DNA of 32,000 nt, from positions 90,001-122,000 of the forward strand of contig NC_014735.1 in assembly GCF_000172995.2 (NCBI RefSeq), read 5' to 3'. A model generated the notes under the pieces. That model searched no databases. It was given only the letters and a program-made list of their open reading frames with translations, and was not told the origin of the DNA. The stretch is from Halogeometricum borinquense DSM 11551 (GTDB lineage: Archaea > Halobacteriota > Halobacteria > Halobacteriales > Haloferacaceae). Shown piece by piece: positions 14,847 through 23,062 of the stretch. Both the position numbers and the translations under genes were made by a program. The stretch's first letter is position 1, and each line of letters starts with the position of its first letter.

Positions 14847-14919
14847 CGGCGTCGGGATAAATGGTGTGAAGTACCACTGCGCATAAGACTCACAAGGAGG
14901 GACGCGCTACATACGAACG

Positions 14920-15093
14920 ATGTATCGAGTACTCATCCAGACCGGGAGCATCGAGTGCGACGAGTACACGCACACGGACTACGGGATCGAACTGTACGAT
15001 GAGGATCAGTTCGTCGCATTCGTGCCGTACGAAAACCTGCTGGCGGTCGTAGATGAGACGACGAAGTCGGCCGAAGATCGCGCGATACTGTGA
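14920..15093 (+). CDS. 57-aa acidic small protein of unknown function (absent from the track)
   Basis: My own translation is MYRVLIQTGSIECDEYTHTDYGIELYDEDQFVAFVPYENLLAVVDETTKSAEDRAIL. It has strongly G/C-biased third codon positions and an acidic composition typical of haloarchaeal proteins. The overlapping 80-aa minus-strand ORF (14890-15132) is Arg-rich and less plausible. Confidence 0.5.
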   Translation: MYRVLIQTGSIECDEYTHTDYGIELYDEDQFVAFVPYENLLAVVDETTKSAEDRAIL

Positions 15094-15097
15094 TCGC

Positions 15098-15790
15098 TCA
15101 CTCGGGAGTATATCCCTCAATCCCGGTTTCACGCAGATACTCCTCCAGAAGCGTCGGGAACCGGCCGCCCCGTACGTACCGAAGTCCGAACTCGTCGGCC
15201 CACGAGATGATTCCTCGGTCCTCCGTCACCACACCCGCGTTCAACTCGCGAGCGAGGACGAGCAGGTCAAAATCCTCGCGAGAGTCGAGAACGCCCCGCC
15301 GAAGCGCCCGACGATACTTGTCTCGCATCTTCGAGAGAACGCGGTCGGCCTCCGTCATGTACGCCTCGGTCCCGTCTTCGCCAGTTGTAGCAGCGAGATT
15401 CTCCGGATCGAGTTGTTCGACCTCTCGAATCGCCTCCTCAGAGACGCGCAGGCCCCGGTCAACCCGGTCGCTCATCTCGTCTACGAAGTTGTAGACGATG
15501 TTTGCGGGGATAGTGACGCCGTAGCGGTCCGGACTCTTTCTGACCACCCACGTATCGAGTTTCGTGAACACCTCCTCTCCGACTTCCCTGTCACGCAACA
15601 TCGCTGCGAGTTCGTCGTGGATGGACGGCGGCATATGACAGGAGATGTTGAGTTCCAGTCGTGCCATAGCCACGAGTTCCAGCAGGTGGAGTACGGCCTC
15701 CTCCAGTGATTCGTCCTCCCGACGAATCTCTTCGGTGATGAACAACGAAGTGTCGAGGACGAACTGTTGACGCGGGAGTTCACTGGACAT
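15098..15790 (-). CDS. RNA ligase partner protein (MJ_0950 family, PIN-like domain), 230 aa (the track ORF starts at 15847)
   Basis: The sequence reads [21 protein letters not shown]...[31 protein letters not shown], with PIN-like acidic residues and divergent adjacency to a Pab1020-type RNA ligase. A TATA-like CCTTTATG on the minus strand (15813-15820) lies 26 nt upstream of the ATG at 15790 and falls inside the longer track ORF. Confidence 0.8.
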   Translation of the reverse strand: MSSELPRQQFVLDTSLFITEEIRREDESLEEAVLHLLELVAMARLELNISCHMPPSIHDELAAMLRDREVGEEVFTKLDTWVVRKSPDRYGVTIPANIVYNFVDEMSDRVDRGLRVSEEAIREVEQLDPENLAATTGEDGTEAYMTEADRVLSKMRDKYRRALRRGVLDSREDFDLLVLARELNAGVVTEDRGIISWADEFGLRYVRGGRFPTLLEEYLRETGIEGYTPE

Positions 15791-15812
15791 ACGTCGTACT
15801 TCGTGACCAACC

Positions 15813-15880
15813 CATAAAGGCATCATCCCGATACTCCGGACTGACAAAGCGAAACGTCGGATTCGCCCTCGTCCTTTTGA
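15813..15880. promoter_or_regulatory. Bidirectional promoter region between the RNA ligase partner and the RNA ligase
   Basis: The minus-strand CCTTTATG at 15813-15820 lies 26 nt from the ATG at 15790. The plus-strand CCTTTTGA at 15873-15880 lies 28 nt from the ATG at 15904. Confidence 0.45.
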
Positions 15881-15903
15881 CTCACAAGAGCCTCAGTTAC
15901 AGC

Positions 15904-17031
15904 ATGGACGACCGTGAATACTTCGAGCGGCTAGAGTCCACCGCGGAGACGCCCGACGAGCTGTTCGAACATTTCAGCCGGCGTTCAATCGACGGTCGGA
16001 CGTACTACGTACTGTCCGACGCGCGTCACGGGGTCGAACGCGGGACCGTCGTCGTCGAAGCGGCCGACGCCGTCGTCCGAGGGTATCCAAGCATCCCGCG
16101 CGTGTTAGTACTCGATAGCGGCGTCGCCGCCTTCTTCGATGACGATCAGACGGTCGTCGCAGAAGAGAAGCTAAACGGGTTCAACGTCCGTATCGCCGAT
16201 GTCGGAGAGCCGCTCGCGTTCACCAAAGGCGGGCACGTCTGTCCGTACACGACGTCACGTGTCCGCGACCTCCTCGATCTGTCGTCGTTCTTCGCCGACT
16301 ACCCCAAGATGATGCTGTGTGCCGAACTCATCGGCCCGGAGACACCCTACACGACGCACGACTACGAGGGTATCGACTCGAACGCAGTCCGAGTGTTCGG
16401 GATCCGCAACCGCGCGACCGGCGAACCACTCCCGGTCGAATCACGGCGTGATCTCTGCGACGAGTACGGTTTTCCCCAACCACGCCTATTTGGGTGGTAC
16501 AGTCAGGGAGCGGTCGTCGAGGGAGTACGGGAAGCTATCTCGGAACTCGATGACGCCGGACGGGAGGGTGTGGTGATGAAATCCGCTGACGGAACGGAGA
16601 TGGTCAAGTACACGACCGAATCTCACCATCACGACGAACTCGTCTACGCGTTCTCGCTTCCGTTCGACCGCGGCCGCGACTTCTTTTTCTCGCGCGTCAT
16701 CCGAGAAGCCTTTCAGGCGGTGGAATTCGACGAAGACGACGAGCGGTTGCGAGACAGGGCGCACGACCTCGGTGAATCGGTGCTGCTTCCCGCAGTCGAG
16801 ACGATACGCGAGGTTCAAGCAGGTAAAACCGCCGGTGAGCGCCACACTGTTCGGGGTGACTCAGAGAGCATCGATGCGCTCCTCGATCATCTGCGCAACC
16901 ACTCCTTGACGGTCGAAATCGAATCGGACCGCCGCGAGGACGGAGAACGGATTGTCGAGTTCGTGAAAGTCGCGGAATCAACGATGGGACGCACGCAGTA
17001 CTATCTCGACGGTGGAACGTACAACGAGTAA
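15904..17031 (+). CDS. ATP-dependent RNA ligase, Pab1020/Rnl3 family, 375 aa (the track ORF starts at the TTG at 15877)
   Basis: Nucleotidyltransferase motif I, EEKLNGFNVRI (KxNG with the Lys adenylylation site), is followed by TKGGHVCPYT, CAELIG and GVVMKS, which match the family pattern. The partner gene lies divergently adjacent. Confidence 0.85.
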   Translation: MDDREYFERLESTAETPDELFEHFSRRSIDGRTYYVLSDARHGVERGTVVVEAADAVVRGYPSIPRVLVLDSGVAAFFDDDQTVVAEEKLNGFNVRIADVGEPLAFTKGGHVCPYTTSRVRDLLDLSSFFADYPKMMLCAELIGPETPYTTHDYEGIDSNAVRVFGIRNRATGEPLPVESRRDLCDEYGFPQPRLFGWYSQGAVVEGVREAISELDDAGREGVVMKSADGTEMVKYTTESHHHDELVYAFSLPFDRGRDFFFSRVIREAFQAVEFDEDDERLRDRAHDLGESVLLPAVETIREVQAGKTAGERHTVRGDSESIDALLDHLRNHSLTVEIESDRREDGERIVEFVKVAESTMGRTQYYLDGGTYNE

Positions 17032-17415
17032 AGACGTACCGCCTGTCGGAGTTTCTGGACTGAAACCGACGCTCGTAGTTCGTCTCCGAGATGGACTTGC
17101 CGCGGTCGAGAACACCACTGTTTTAGCCAGTTTATGACAACAATAGGTGGTGTTTTTGAAAGATGATATATTTGTTATATATTTATGAAGAAAGGATAGA
17201 ATAGTGGTGTTATAGGACCTAATATGCGCTTTCTACCCAATTTACTCTGAAAATAAAATAGACAGATGGGATATGAGTTAACCAAGGATCGTATAGATTT
17301 GACTGTTCTGTTACGATTAGGCCGCAAACCATGTGAACCTTACTCATATTCTCGGCTACCCAGAAGTACAACTCTGTTATTTGCGCGCGACGGTCGCCAT
17401 CTCACCTGTGGAGAG

Positions 17416-17838
17416 ATGACTGTATCAGACCTGATGCGGAAGAACGTAGTAACGGCTACTCCAGACACTGCAGCAAGCGAACTTGCTCAGCAGATGCGCG
17501 ACGAGAACGTCGGGAGCGTCGTCGTCGAAGCGGATAACCGTCCGGCGGGAATCGTCACCGACCGGGATCTCGCAGTTGGTCCGTTCGCCGAGAGCGCCGA
17601 TCCTGAGACAGTGACGGCGGAAGACGTGATGACATCGGACCTCACAACCGTCACGACAGACACCGGTGTCATGGAACTATGTGACGAACTGTGCGAGGCG
17701 AGCGTCCGGCGGATGCCAGTCGTAGACGGCGACGGGACGCTGGCAGGTATCGTCACGCTTGACGACTTGCACGTCCTCTTCGCCAGAGAGCAACAGAATC
17801 TGACTGACGTTATCGAAGCCGAATCACCGCCGTACTGA
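17416..17838 (+). CDS. CBS-pair domain protein, 140 aa (the track ORF starts at 17266)
   Basis: The sequence reads MTVSDLMRKNVVTATPDTAASELAQQMRDENVGSVVVEADNRPAGIVTDRDL...VMTSDLTTVTTDTGVMELCDELCEASVRRMPVVDGDGTLAGIVTLDDL, which is two CBS motifs. The 50-codon upstream extension lies in AT-rich sequence and is basic and atypical. Confidence 0.8.
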   Translation: MTVSDLMRKNVVTATPDTAASELAQQMRDENVGSVVVEADNRPAGIVTDRDLAVGPFAESADPETVTAEDVMTSDLTTVTTDTGVMELCDELCEASVRRMPVVDGDGTLAGIVTLDDLHVLFAREQQNLTDVIEAESPPY

Positions 17839-17900
17839 AGTGGTGATTCGGACGACTGTTAGAATCTCACTCAGTGTGGTTACACGTCAAGGTCCGAGTC

Positions 17901-19754
17901 TTACCCAGTACAGTGGTCAATCGCTTGACGGACTGCTTCCGTCCGCCCAATAAACGTCAGGTGGTCACCTCGCTCAATCGTGTCCTCTGGGTGCGGGAGC
18001 TGATTGGTCTCATCCCGACTCAGTAATGCGAGATGGCAGTCCTCCGGAAGTTCAGCCATAAGTTCCGAAATTGTCTCGCCGACAATCGCGACGTTCGTGA
18101 CTTCGATCTCTTGAACATCGCCGGTTCGGCCCAGTTCAGTCATCCAGCGAGAAATCGCCGGGCGCTCAATTACGTTATCCATCGACCACGCAACCGACAT
18201 ACCCGTCGAAATCGGCTCGATATCGAGGTCCTCGAACGCATCAATATTACCCGGCTGATTCACGCGGGCAACGACGCGCTCTACTCCGAACGTGTTCTTT
18301 GCGAGTTGGGCGACCAGCAGGTTCACGTCATCGGTACCGGTCGCGGCCGCCACGACCCTCGCGTTATTGGCACCTGCTGACTCTAATACCTCCTGCTGAG
18401 TCCCGTCGCCGTGCCGAACGGAAAACCCGTCCGCTCTGAGGGTTTCGACGGTTTGATCATCGTTGTCGATGATCAGAACCTCTTCATCGCGTTCCTCAAG
18501 CCGTTCGGTCAAGGCTTGTCCGACGCGCCCGCCACCGATGATGAGTGTCCGCATTGGAATCACGTCCAGCGCTTGGGCGATATGACGAGCTAAGCCCCCT
18601 TCAAAGACAACGGTCGAAACGATCACTAAGAATACGGTGCCAACGAGCATTGTCGCGGCTTGTGGATTTTGCGACTGCAGTTCGAGTGCGAACAGCGTGG
18701 CGACACTGGCTGGGATAATCCCGCGTGGGCCGATCGCACTGATATAGAGCCGTTCGTCGAACGTCAGGCGATCCCCGACCGTACAAAGTATGACGAGCGC
18801 GGGACGGATCACACCGGCGACTACAATGACTACCACCACCCCTCCGATCCCGAGCGAGAGTATATCTCTAAGGGACAGTAGAGATGCAAGCGTGATGAAG
18901 ACGAACGAGATCACGAGGAGGGTGATATCGCCTTTGAAGCGTTCGATATCACCTCGGTAGGGGATTTCGGCGTTACCGAGGGTGAATCCACCAGTTGCAA
19001 CAGCAGCAATCCCTGCTTCCGGGGCGACAATCTCTGCTATTCCGTACATGACGAGAGATGCAACCAAGACTATCAACCGTGCGTTCTGTGGAGCATTCTC
19101 GACGGAGAGGCTGACGTGCCGGAGGAGATACCAGACAATCCCCGCGACAACGCTCCCGACGAGAATTCCGCCTCCAAGTCGCATCCCGAATTCACGGATG
19201 AGCGTCGGGAATCCTTGCGTCTCAAGTAAAACGAATTCGAACATCACGAAGGCAAGGATTGCGGCCGTGACGTCGTTGACGACGCCTTCGGTTTCGAGCG
19301 TGGTAGCGACGCGGTTACGAACGGGGACGACGTTCATGATCGGCGTGATGACCGTCGGTCCGGTTGCGATCAGAAGTGATCCGATCAAGAAGGCGACGCT
19401 CCATGATGCATCAAGCGCGAATCGAACGACGGTTGCAGTGCCGATGAGAGAGATGACCGCGCCAATGGTGACAAGTCGGAACGTCTCTCGTGGTGCTTCA
19501 CGCAAACGCTCGAAATTTAGATGAAATGCTCCCTCGAAGACGATAATGGCGACGCTCAGCCCAACGATCGCCGGAAGTCCATCGCCGAAGACAGCCGGAG
19601 TGATAACACCGAGTCCCTCCGGGCCAACAGCGATGCCCGCGAGAATGAGGAACATCACACTCGGAACCCGCAATCTGTCTGCGATGACTTGAGCGGCGAC
19701 TCCCAGTCCCAAGATCGTAACGACGATAACGATGAGTTCAGAGGTAGCGGCCAC
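17901..19754 (-). CDS. Cation:proton antiporter (Na+/H+ exchanger family) fused to RCK (TrkA-N and TrkA-C) regulatory domains, 617 aa, GTG start
   Basis: The N-terminal portion (about 400 aa) is membrane domain: ...GPEGLG...ATGPTVITPI...ETEGVVNDV.... It is followed by a Rossmann motif, LIIGGGRVGQALTERLEERDEEVLIIDND, and a TrkA-C-like tail. Confidence 0.88.
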   Translation of the reverse strand: MAATSELIVIVVTILGLGVAAQVIADRLRVPSVMFLILAGIAVGPEGLGVITPAVFGDGLPAIVGLSVAIIVFEGAFHLNFERLREAPRETFRLVTIGAVISLIGTATVVRFALDASWSVAFLIGSLLIATGPTVITPIMNVVPVRNRVATTLETEGVVNDVTAAILAFVMFEFVLLETQGFPTLIREFGMRLGGGILVGSVVAGIVWYLLRHVSLSVENAPQNARLIVLVASLVMYGIAEIVAPEAGIAAVATGGFTLGNAEIPYRGDIERFKGDITLLVISFVFITLASLLSLRDILSLGIGGVVVVIVVAGVIRPALVILCTVGDRLTFDERLYISAIGPRGIIPASVATLFALELQSQNPQAATMLVGTVFLVIVSTVVFEGGLARHIAQALDVIPMRTLIIGGGRVGQALTERLEERDEEVLIIDNDDQTVETLRADGFSVRHGDGTQQEVLESAGANNARVVAAATGTDDVNLLVAQLAKNTFGVERVVARVNQPGNIDAFEDLDIEPISTGMSVAWSMDNVIERPAISRWMTELGRTGDVQEIEVTNVAIVGETISELMAELPEDCHLALLSRDETNQLPHPEDTIERGDHLTFIGRTEAVRQAIDHCTG

Positions 19755-19915
19755 GGATTCAGTGCTGTGTTTGCATTACCCAATGCTATAATTAACTACC
19801 AGATGATAGTGGCGTCTGTGTGGCTTCGAGCGTGACACTCGGTTGTCAGATACAGTTCGGCACTAGCACTGAGAGGGCGGAGAGCGTTCTTATGGCGTGA
19901 GGAAGACCGCCGACG

Positions 19916-19921
19916 TTTATA
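19916..19921 (+). promoter_or_regulatory. TATA box TTTATA upstream of the tandem Usp gene
   Basis: It lies about 36 nt upstream of the ATG at 19955, implying a short leader. Confidence 0.4.
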
Positions 19922-19954
19922 CCCGAACGCGTTGGATTGACACTAAGAGCAGGC

Positions 19955-20851
19955 ATGTACGAGACCATACTCATCCCGACGGACGGCAGCGAACACGCGG
20001 TCCGCGCCGCCGAACACGGACAGTACCTCGCCCGGCTATTTGACGCGACGGTACACATCGTCAACGTCGTCGATGTACAGGCAGCGGGCGGTGTGTTCGA
20101 CGCTGGCGGTGTCGATGAGGAGTTCGTCTCCCGCCTGAAAGCGAAAGGCGAACGTACCATCGAGGAGGCTGCAGCCGTCATCGATGAAACAGAGTCGATA
20201 CAGACGGCGGTACTCAAAGGCCGTCCAGACGAGGAGATTCTGGAGTACGCGGCCGAGCATGGTGTGGACGCGCTCGTCATGGGAACTCACGGACGAACGG
20301 GACTCAGACGCTACATCGCCGGAAGCGTGACCGAGCGCGTCGTCCGCCTTGCCGACATACCGGTTCTCACAGTCCGTTCGACTGACCAAAGTCAGGTCGC
20401 CGAAGATTACGACGAGGTTCTCATTCCGACCGATGGGAGCGAACCGGCGAGCGCGGCCGTCGAACACGGCCTCGCTATCGCCGAAAAATCCGGTGCGCGC
20501 GTCCACGCGGTGAATATCGTCGATGTTGGCAACGTATCGGCCAGTCCGACGTATACGCTTCCAAGTGAAGTGATAGGACAGTTGGAATCCGAGGGAGAAA
20601 CGGTGACTGAGGAGATTGCCTCTCAGGCCCGCGAGCGCGGTCTCGAAGCAGTCACCGAAGTTCGTGAAGGGTTCCCGGCGAAGACCCTCCTCGACTACGC
20701 AAACGAGAACGACATCAGCCTGATAGCGATGGGGACGGCCGGTCGAACGGGTCTCAACCGGTATCTCTTGGGAAGCACGACCGAACGGATCATCCGACAA
20801 TCAGACGTACCCGTCTTAGCGGTCAACGCGAGAGACGAACAGGACGACTGA
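19955..20851 (+). CDS. Tandem universal stress protein (two UspA domains), 298 aa (the track ORF starts at the TTG at 19937)
   Basis: Two copies of the Usp pattern are present: MYETILIPTDGSEHA...LVMGTHGRTGLRRYIAGSVTERVVRLADIPVLTV and VLIPTDGSEPA...IAMGTAGRTGLNRYLLGSTTERIIRQSDVPVLAV. Both retain the G-x2-G-x9-G-S/T motif. Confidence 0.88.
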   Translation: MYETILIPTDGSEHAVRAAEHGQYLARLFDATVHIVNVVDVQAAGGVFDAGGVDEEFVSRLKAKGERTIEEAAAVIDETESIQTAVLKGRPDEEILEYAAEHGVDALVMGTHGRTGLRRYIAGSVTERVVRLADIPVLTVRSTDQSQVAEDYDEVLIPTDGSEPASAAVEHGLAIAEKSGARVHAVNIVDVGNVSASPTYTLPSEVIGQLESEGETVTEEIASQARERGLEAVTEVREGFPAKTLLDYANENDISLIAMGTAGRTGLNRYLLGSTTERIIRQSDVPVLAVNARDEQDD

Positions 20852-20882
20852 AACCGAATTCAGAGAAAAGCGTACGAAACCG

Positions 20883-20888
20883 TTTTTT
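20883..20888 (+). terminator. T6 tract after the tandem Usp gene
   Basis: The sequence cgTTTTTTca lies 32 nt after the stop at 20849-20851. Confidence 0.4.
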
Positions 20889-20903
20889 CAGCGATTGTAC
20901 CCA

Positions 20904-21344
20904 CTAGTTCCGACTCCCGGCACCAGCGTGTACACCCGGCAGAGTGGCCGCAGACAACTGTTCAGTGTCCTCCCGAAGGGAAACGCGGAGTTCCATCTCC
21001 CCACACTCATCGAGCGAGATAACCATATCCTCGACTAACCGCGCGTACTCGCTAGCGTGCTTACCAGAGCGGCGAATCCGCGTCCGTTCTTCGAGTAATC
21101 CTGCGTCAGTGAGTTGGTCGAGTTTCCGGTACGTGGTCGAGAGCGGAAGATCACACGCCTCCGAAACTTCGCTCGCGGAGAGCGCTTCGCCGCTAGTGGC
21201 ATCAAGGATAGCGCGGCAACCGGCATCGTTGAACGCATCAAGGAGGTCCTGAACCGCATCCTCGTTTCGGACGACAGTCTCGCTTTCGGCAGATTGACGG
21301 TTAGCAAATCGGGCGGCCGACTGGACCATCGGTGACTGACTCAT
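20904..21344 (-). CDS. Winged-helix (ArsR-like) transcriptional regulator, 146 aa
   Basis: The sequence AILDATSGEALSASEVSEACDLPLSTTYRKLDQLTDAGLLEERTRIRRSGKHASEY shows an HTH plus wing pattern. Confidence 0.7.
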   Translation of the reverse strand: MSQSPMVQSAARFANRQSAESETVVRNEDAVQDLLDAFNDAGCRAILDATSGEALSASEVSEACDLPLSTTYRKLDQLTDAGLLEERTRIRRSGKHASEYARLVEDMVISLDECGEMELRVSLREDTEQLSAATLPGVHAGAGSRN

Positions 21345-21458
21345 ACATAATTAGAAGGAGGCTATAGGGAGTAACGAACAGCCCCAATATCTGGGGAGGT
21401 TTATAAGCACCGTCGGAGAGAGACACGAACTGGCGGGCTGCGTCATCTCTTCGAACCG

Positions 21459-22094
21459 CTACAGAATATCTTCGAGAAGCTTCGATTCAGCCGCCGCGAG
21501 ATGTTCAGTAAGCGTCGATGGATTGATATCGAGTTCGGCGGCAATCTCCGTCGCGTTTGCCCGACGAGGACGTTCGAAGTAGCCCATGTCGTAGGCGGTT
21601 TGGAGAACTTCGAGCTGTCGAGTCGTGAGTTTACTCCGATCCACGAAGACGCTGTCTTGGGACTGCTCGACCGCTGGTGACCGGACGAACCGCTTGATAT
21701 CGACATCGGGGAATCTGTCACGAAGCTCAGCGACGACAGACCGAAGCTCCTCGTAATCCGCGGCGTGGAACACAAGCGTCAGATGTCCGTCCTGTGCGAC
21801 ATAACGGGCGACCGGACAGCCGAACTGGCCGAGACACTCACACGGGCAGTTCACGCCGTCATCGTGAGTAAACCGATACCGGTTCGTCGGCCCGTGGGAG
21901 AATATCGGCGTGAGATCAGTCTCAGAATCAGCGTCCGCATCCGCAGAGAATTCAGTGACACACTCCCCGCAGTCTGACGCCGGAACGTTCGTCGCCACCG
22001 AATCAACAGTTATCTCCGCGGCGTCCGAGAGTTCGACGATGGGACAGAGGTCGGGTGTCGTAAACGCCACTGTCGCGCGGATTCCGGGGGGCAT
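21459..22094 (-). CDS. HTH_10 (bacterio-opsin activator type) transcriptional regulator with a Cys-rich N-terminal domain, 211 aa
   Basis: The C-terminus LTTRQLEVLQTAYDMGYFERPRRANATEIAAELDINPSTLTEHLAAAESKLLEDI is the classic haloarchaeal HTH_10 motif. The N-terminal half carries DCGEC and NCPCECLGQFGCP. Confidence 0.8.
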   Translation of the reverse strand: MPPGIRATVAFTTPDLCPIVELSDAAEITVDSVATNVPASDCGECVTEFSADADADSETDLTPIFSHGPTNRYRFTHDDGVNCPCECLGQFGCPVARYVAQDGHLTLVFHAADYEELRSVVAELRDRFPDVDIKRFVRSPAVEQSQDSVFVDRSKLTTRQLEVLQTAYDMGYFERPRRANATEIAAELDINPSTLTEHLAAAESKLLEDIL

Positions 22095-22174
22095 TGACGC
22101 GTGGGAAGTTTAGGAAGGCAGTACTTGAAGCTACAGGTGTCGCGTCCGAAGCGTACAGCACATCGGACAGGGAA

Positions 22175-22625
22175 CTACTCTCGGTCGACTTCGATCCGAC
22201 GACCGCTCAGTTCGTCCGGTTCGAGTTGATAGAGTTGAACGTCCAAATCACGCTTTGACTCCCCCCAGATCTCGAACAAGGGGCGCTTGGCCTTGCCGTA
22301 CTGTTCGATGTGTTCGACGGTCAGTTCGTCCCGCGGTATCTCTTCGAGCGTCCCGATTGCGACAGCGCTCCGATAGACTGGTTCGGATTCTTCGTACACA
22401 ACAATTCGCGCGAGCGGGTGAAGAAGCCAAGAACTTCCGTTTCTCGCTTTCAGGCGTTGAGACGAGTCGAAGATAGAACCGCCGCGTCTCCGGATCGTAC
22501 CCGTAAGAGATAGGAATCGAGTACGGTTCGTCCTCGCGCGCTAACGCCAACACACCCGTCTCGTGACGGCTGAGGAGGGCGTCCGTTTCCTCTCGGGACA
22601 ATCCGGACTCCGTATCCAACGTCAT
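22175..22625 (-). pseudogene. Pyridoxamine 5'-phosphate oxidase-like (FMN-binding split barrel) gene interrupted by a +1 frameshift
   Basis: Track ORFs 22248-22625 and 22175-22399 lie in different frames. The N-terminal part, MTLDTESGLSREETDALLSRHETGVLALAREDEPYSIPISYGYDPETRRFYLRLVSTPESEKRKFLASSP, continues sensibly only in the other frame: LARIVVYEESEPVYRSAVAIGTLEEIPRDELTVEHIEQYGKAKRPLFEIWGE... The junction is at the GGG run at 22416-22418. Confidence 0.65.
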
Positions 22626-22745
22626 ATTCTCGTACGACGAGAGAGGAGAAGCACACTAATACCTGTCTGTGGACGACTGTGACATCGAGAACGAGCGACT
22701 CGCTCCCGCTATCGCGCCGTTAGTGGGGTCTGAGGTCTGAGAAGG

Positions 22746-22919
22746 TTACGAAGAGTTCGCAGAAGTGGGATTCGTGAACGCATCAGTTGTCACACCTGCA
22801 CCGCAGATGACGCAGCCACGCTCGATGAGCGCGTCTTTCATCGAGCCGTTCACCTCTAATGCTTCGTCACACTCCGGACAGGTGAAGGTGTACTCCTCCT
22901 TGGTTTCACGGCTCATCAT
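22746..22919 (-). CDS. 57-aa zinc-finger micro-protein of the C(P)XCG class
   Basis: The sequence reads MMSRETKEEYTFTCPECDEALEVNGSMKDALIERGCVICGAGVTTDAFTNPTSANSS, with CPEC ... CVICG forming a four-Cys zinc-ribbon-like site. A minus-strand TATA-like CATTTATTA (22941-22949) lies 26 nt upstream of the ATG at 22919. The track embeds this gene in a 198-aa Arg-rich ORF that overlaps the divergent permease gene. Confidence 0.6.
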   Translation of the reverse strand: MMSRETKEEYTFTCPECDEALEVNGSMKDALIERGCVICGAGVTTDAFTNPTSANSS

Positions 22920-23062
22920 GTGTGATACTGTGTTGTCCAGTAATAAATGGCGTCCTATATTTCCGACCACGTGAGAACACCGCATATGAGTGTATTGCCG
23001 AACGTCATCGGATGACACTGAGCAGGTGATAATATACGGATACAGACACAAACGAAATGTGA

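Noticed and set aside
17032-17180. A C/D-box sRNA or hairpin terminator downstream of the RNA ligase, based on GTTTC-N6-GAAAC near 17052-17067, a CUGA and an AGAUGAUA element.
   Set aside because: The stem is only 5 bp. The putative C box deviates from RUGAUGA at two positions. No correctly spaced C/D and C'/D' set could be assembled.
17266-17415. The 50-codon N-terminal extension of the CBS protein, and similar extensions at 10254, 10988, 15847, 24445, 25271, 28305 and 30224.
   Set aside because: The extensions start at non-ATG or poorly placed codons. They are basic or low-complexity and lie in promoter-like AT-rich DNA or overlap the upstream gene. The internal ATGs give family-typical N-termini.
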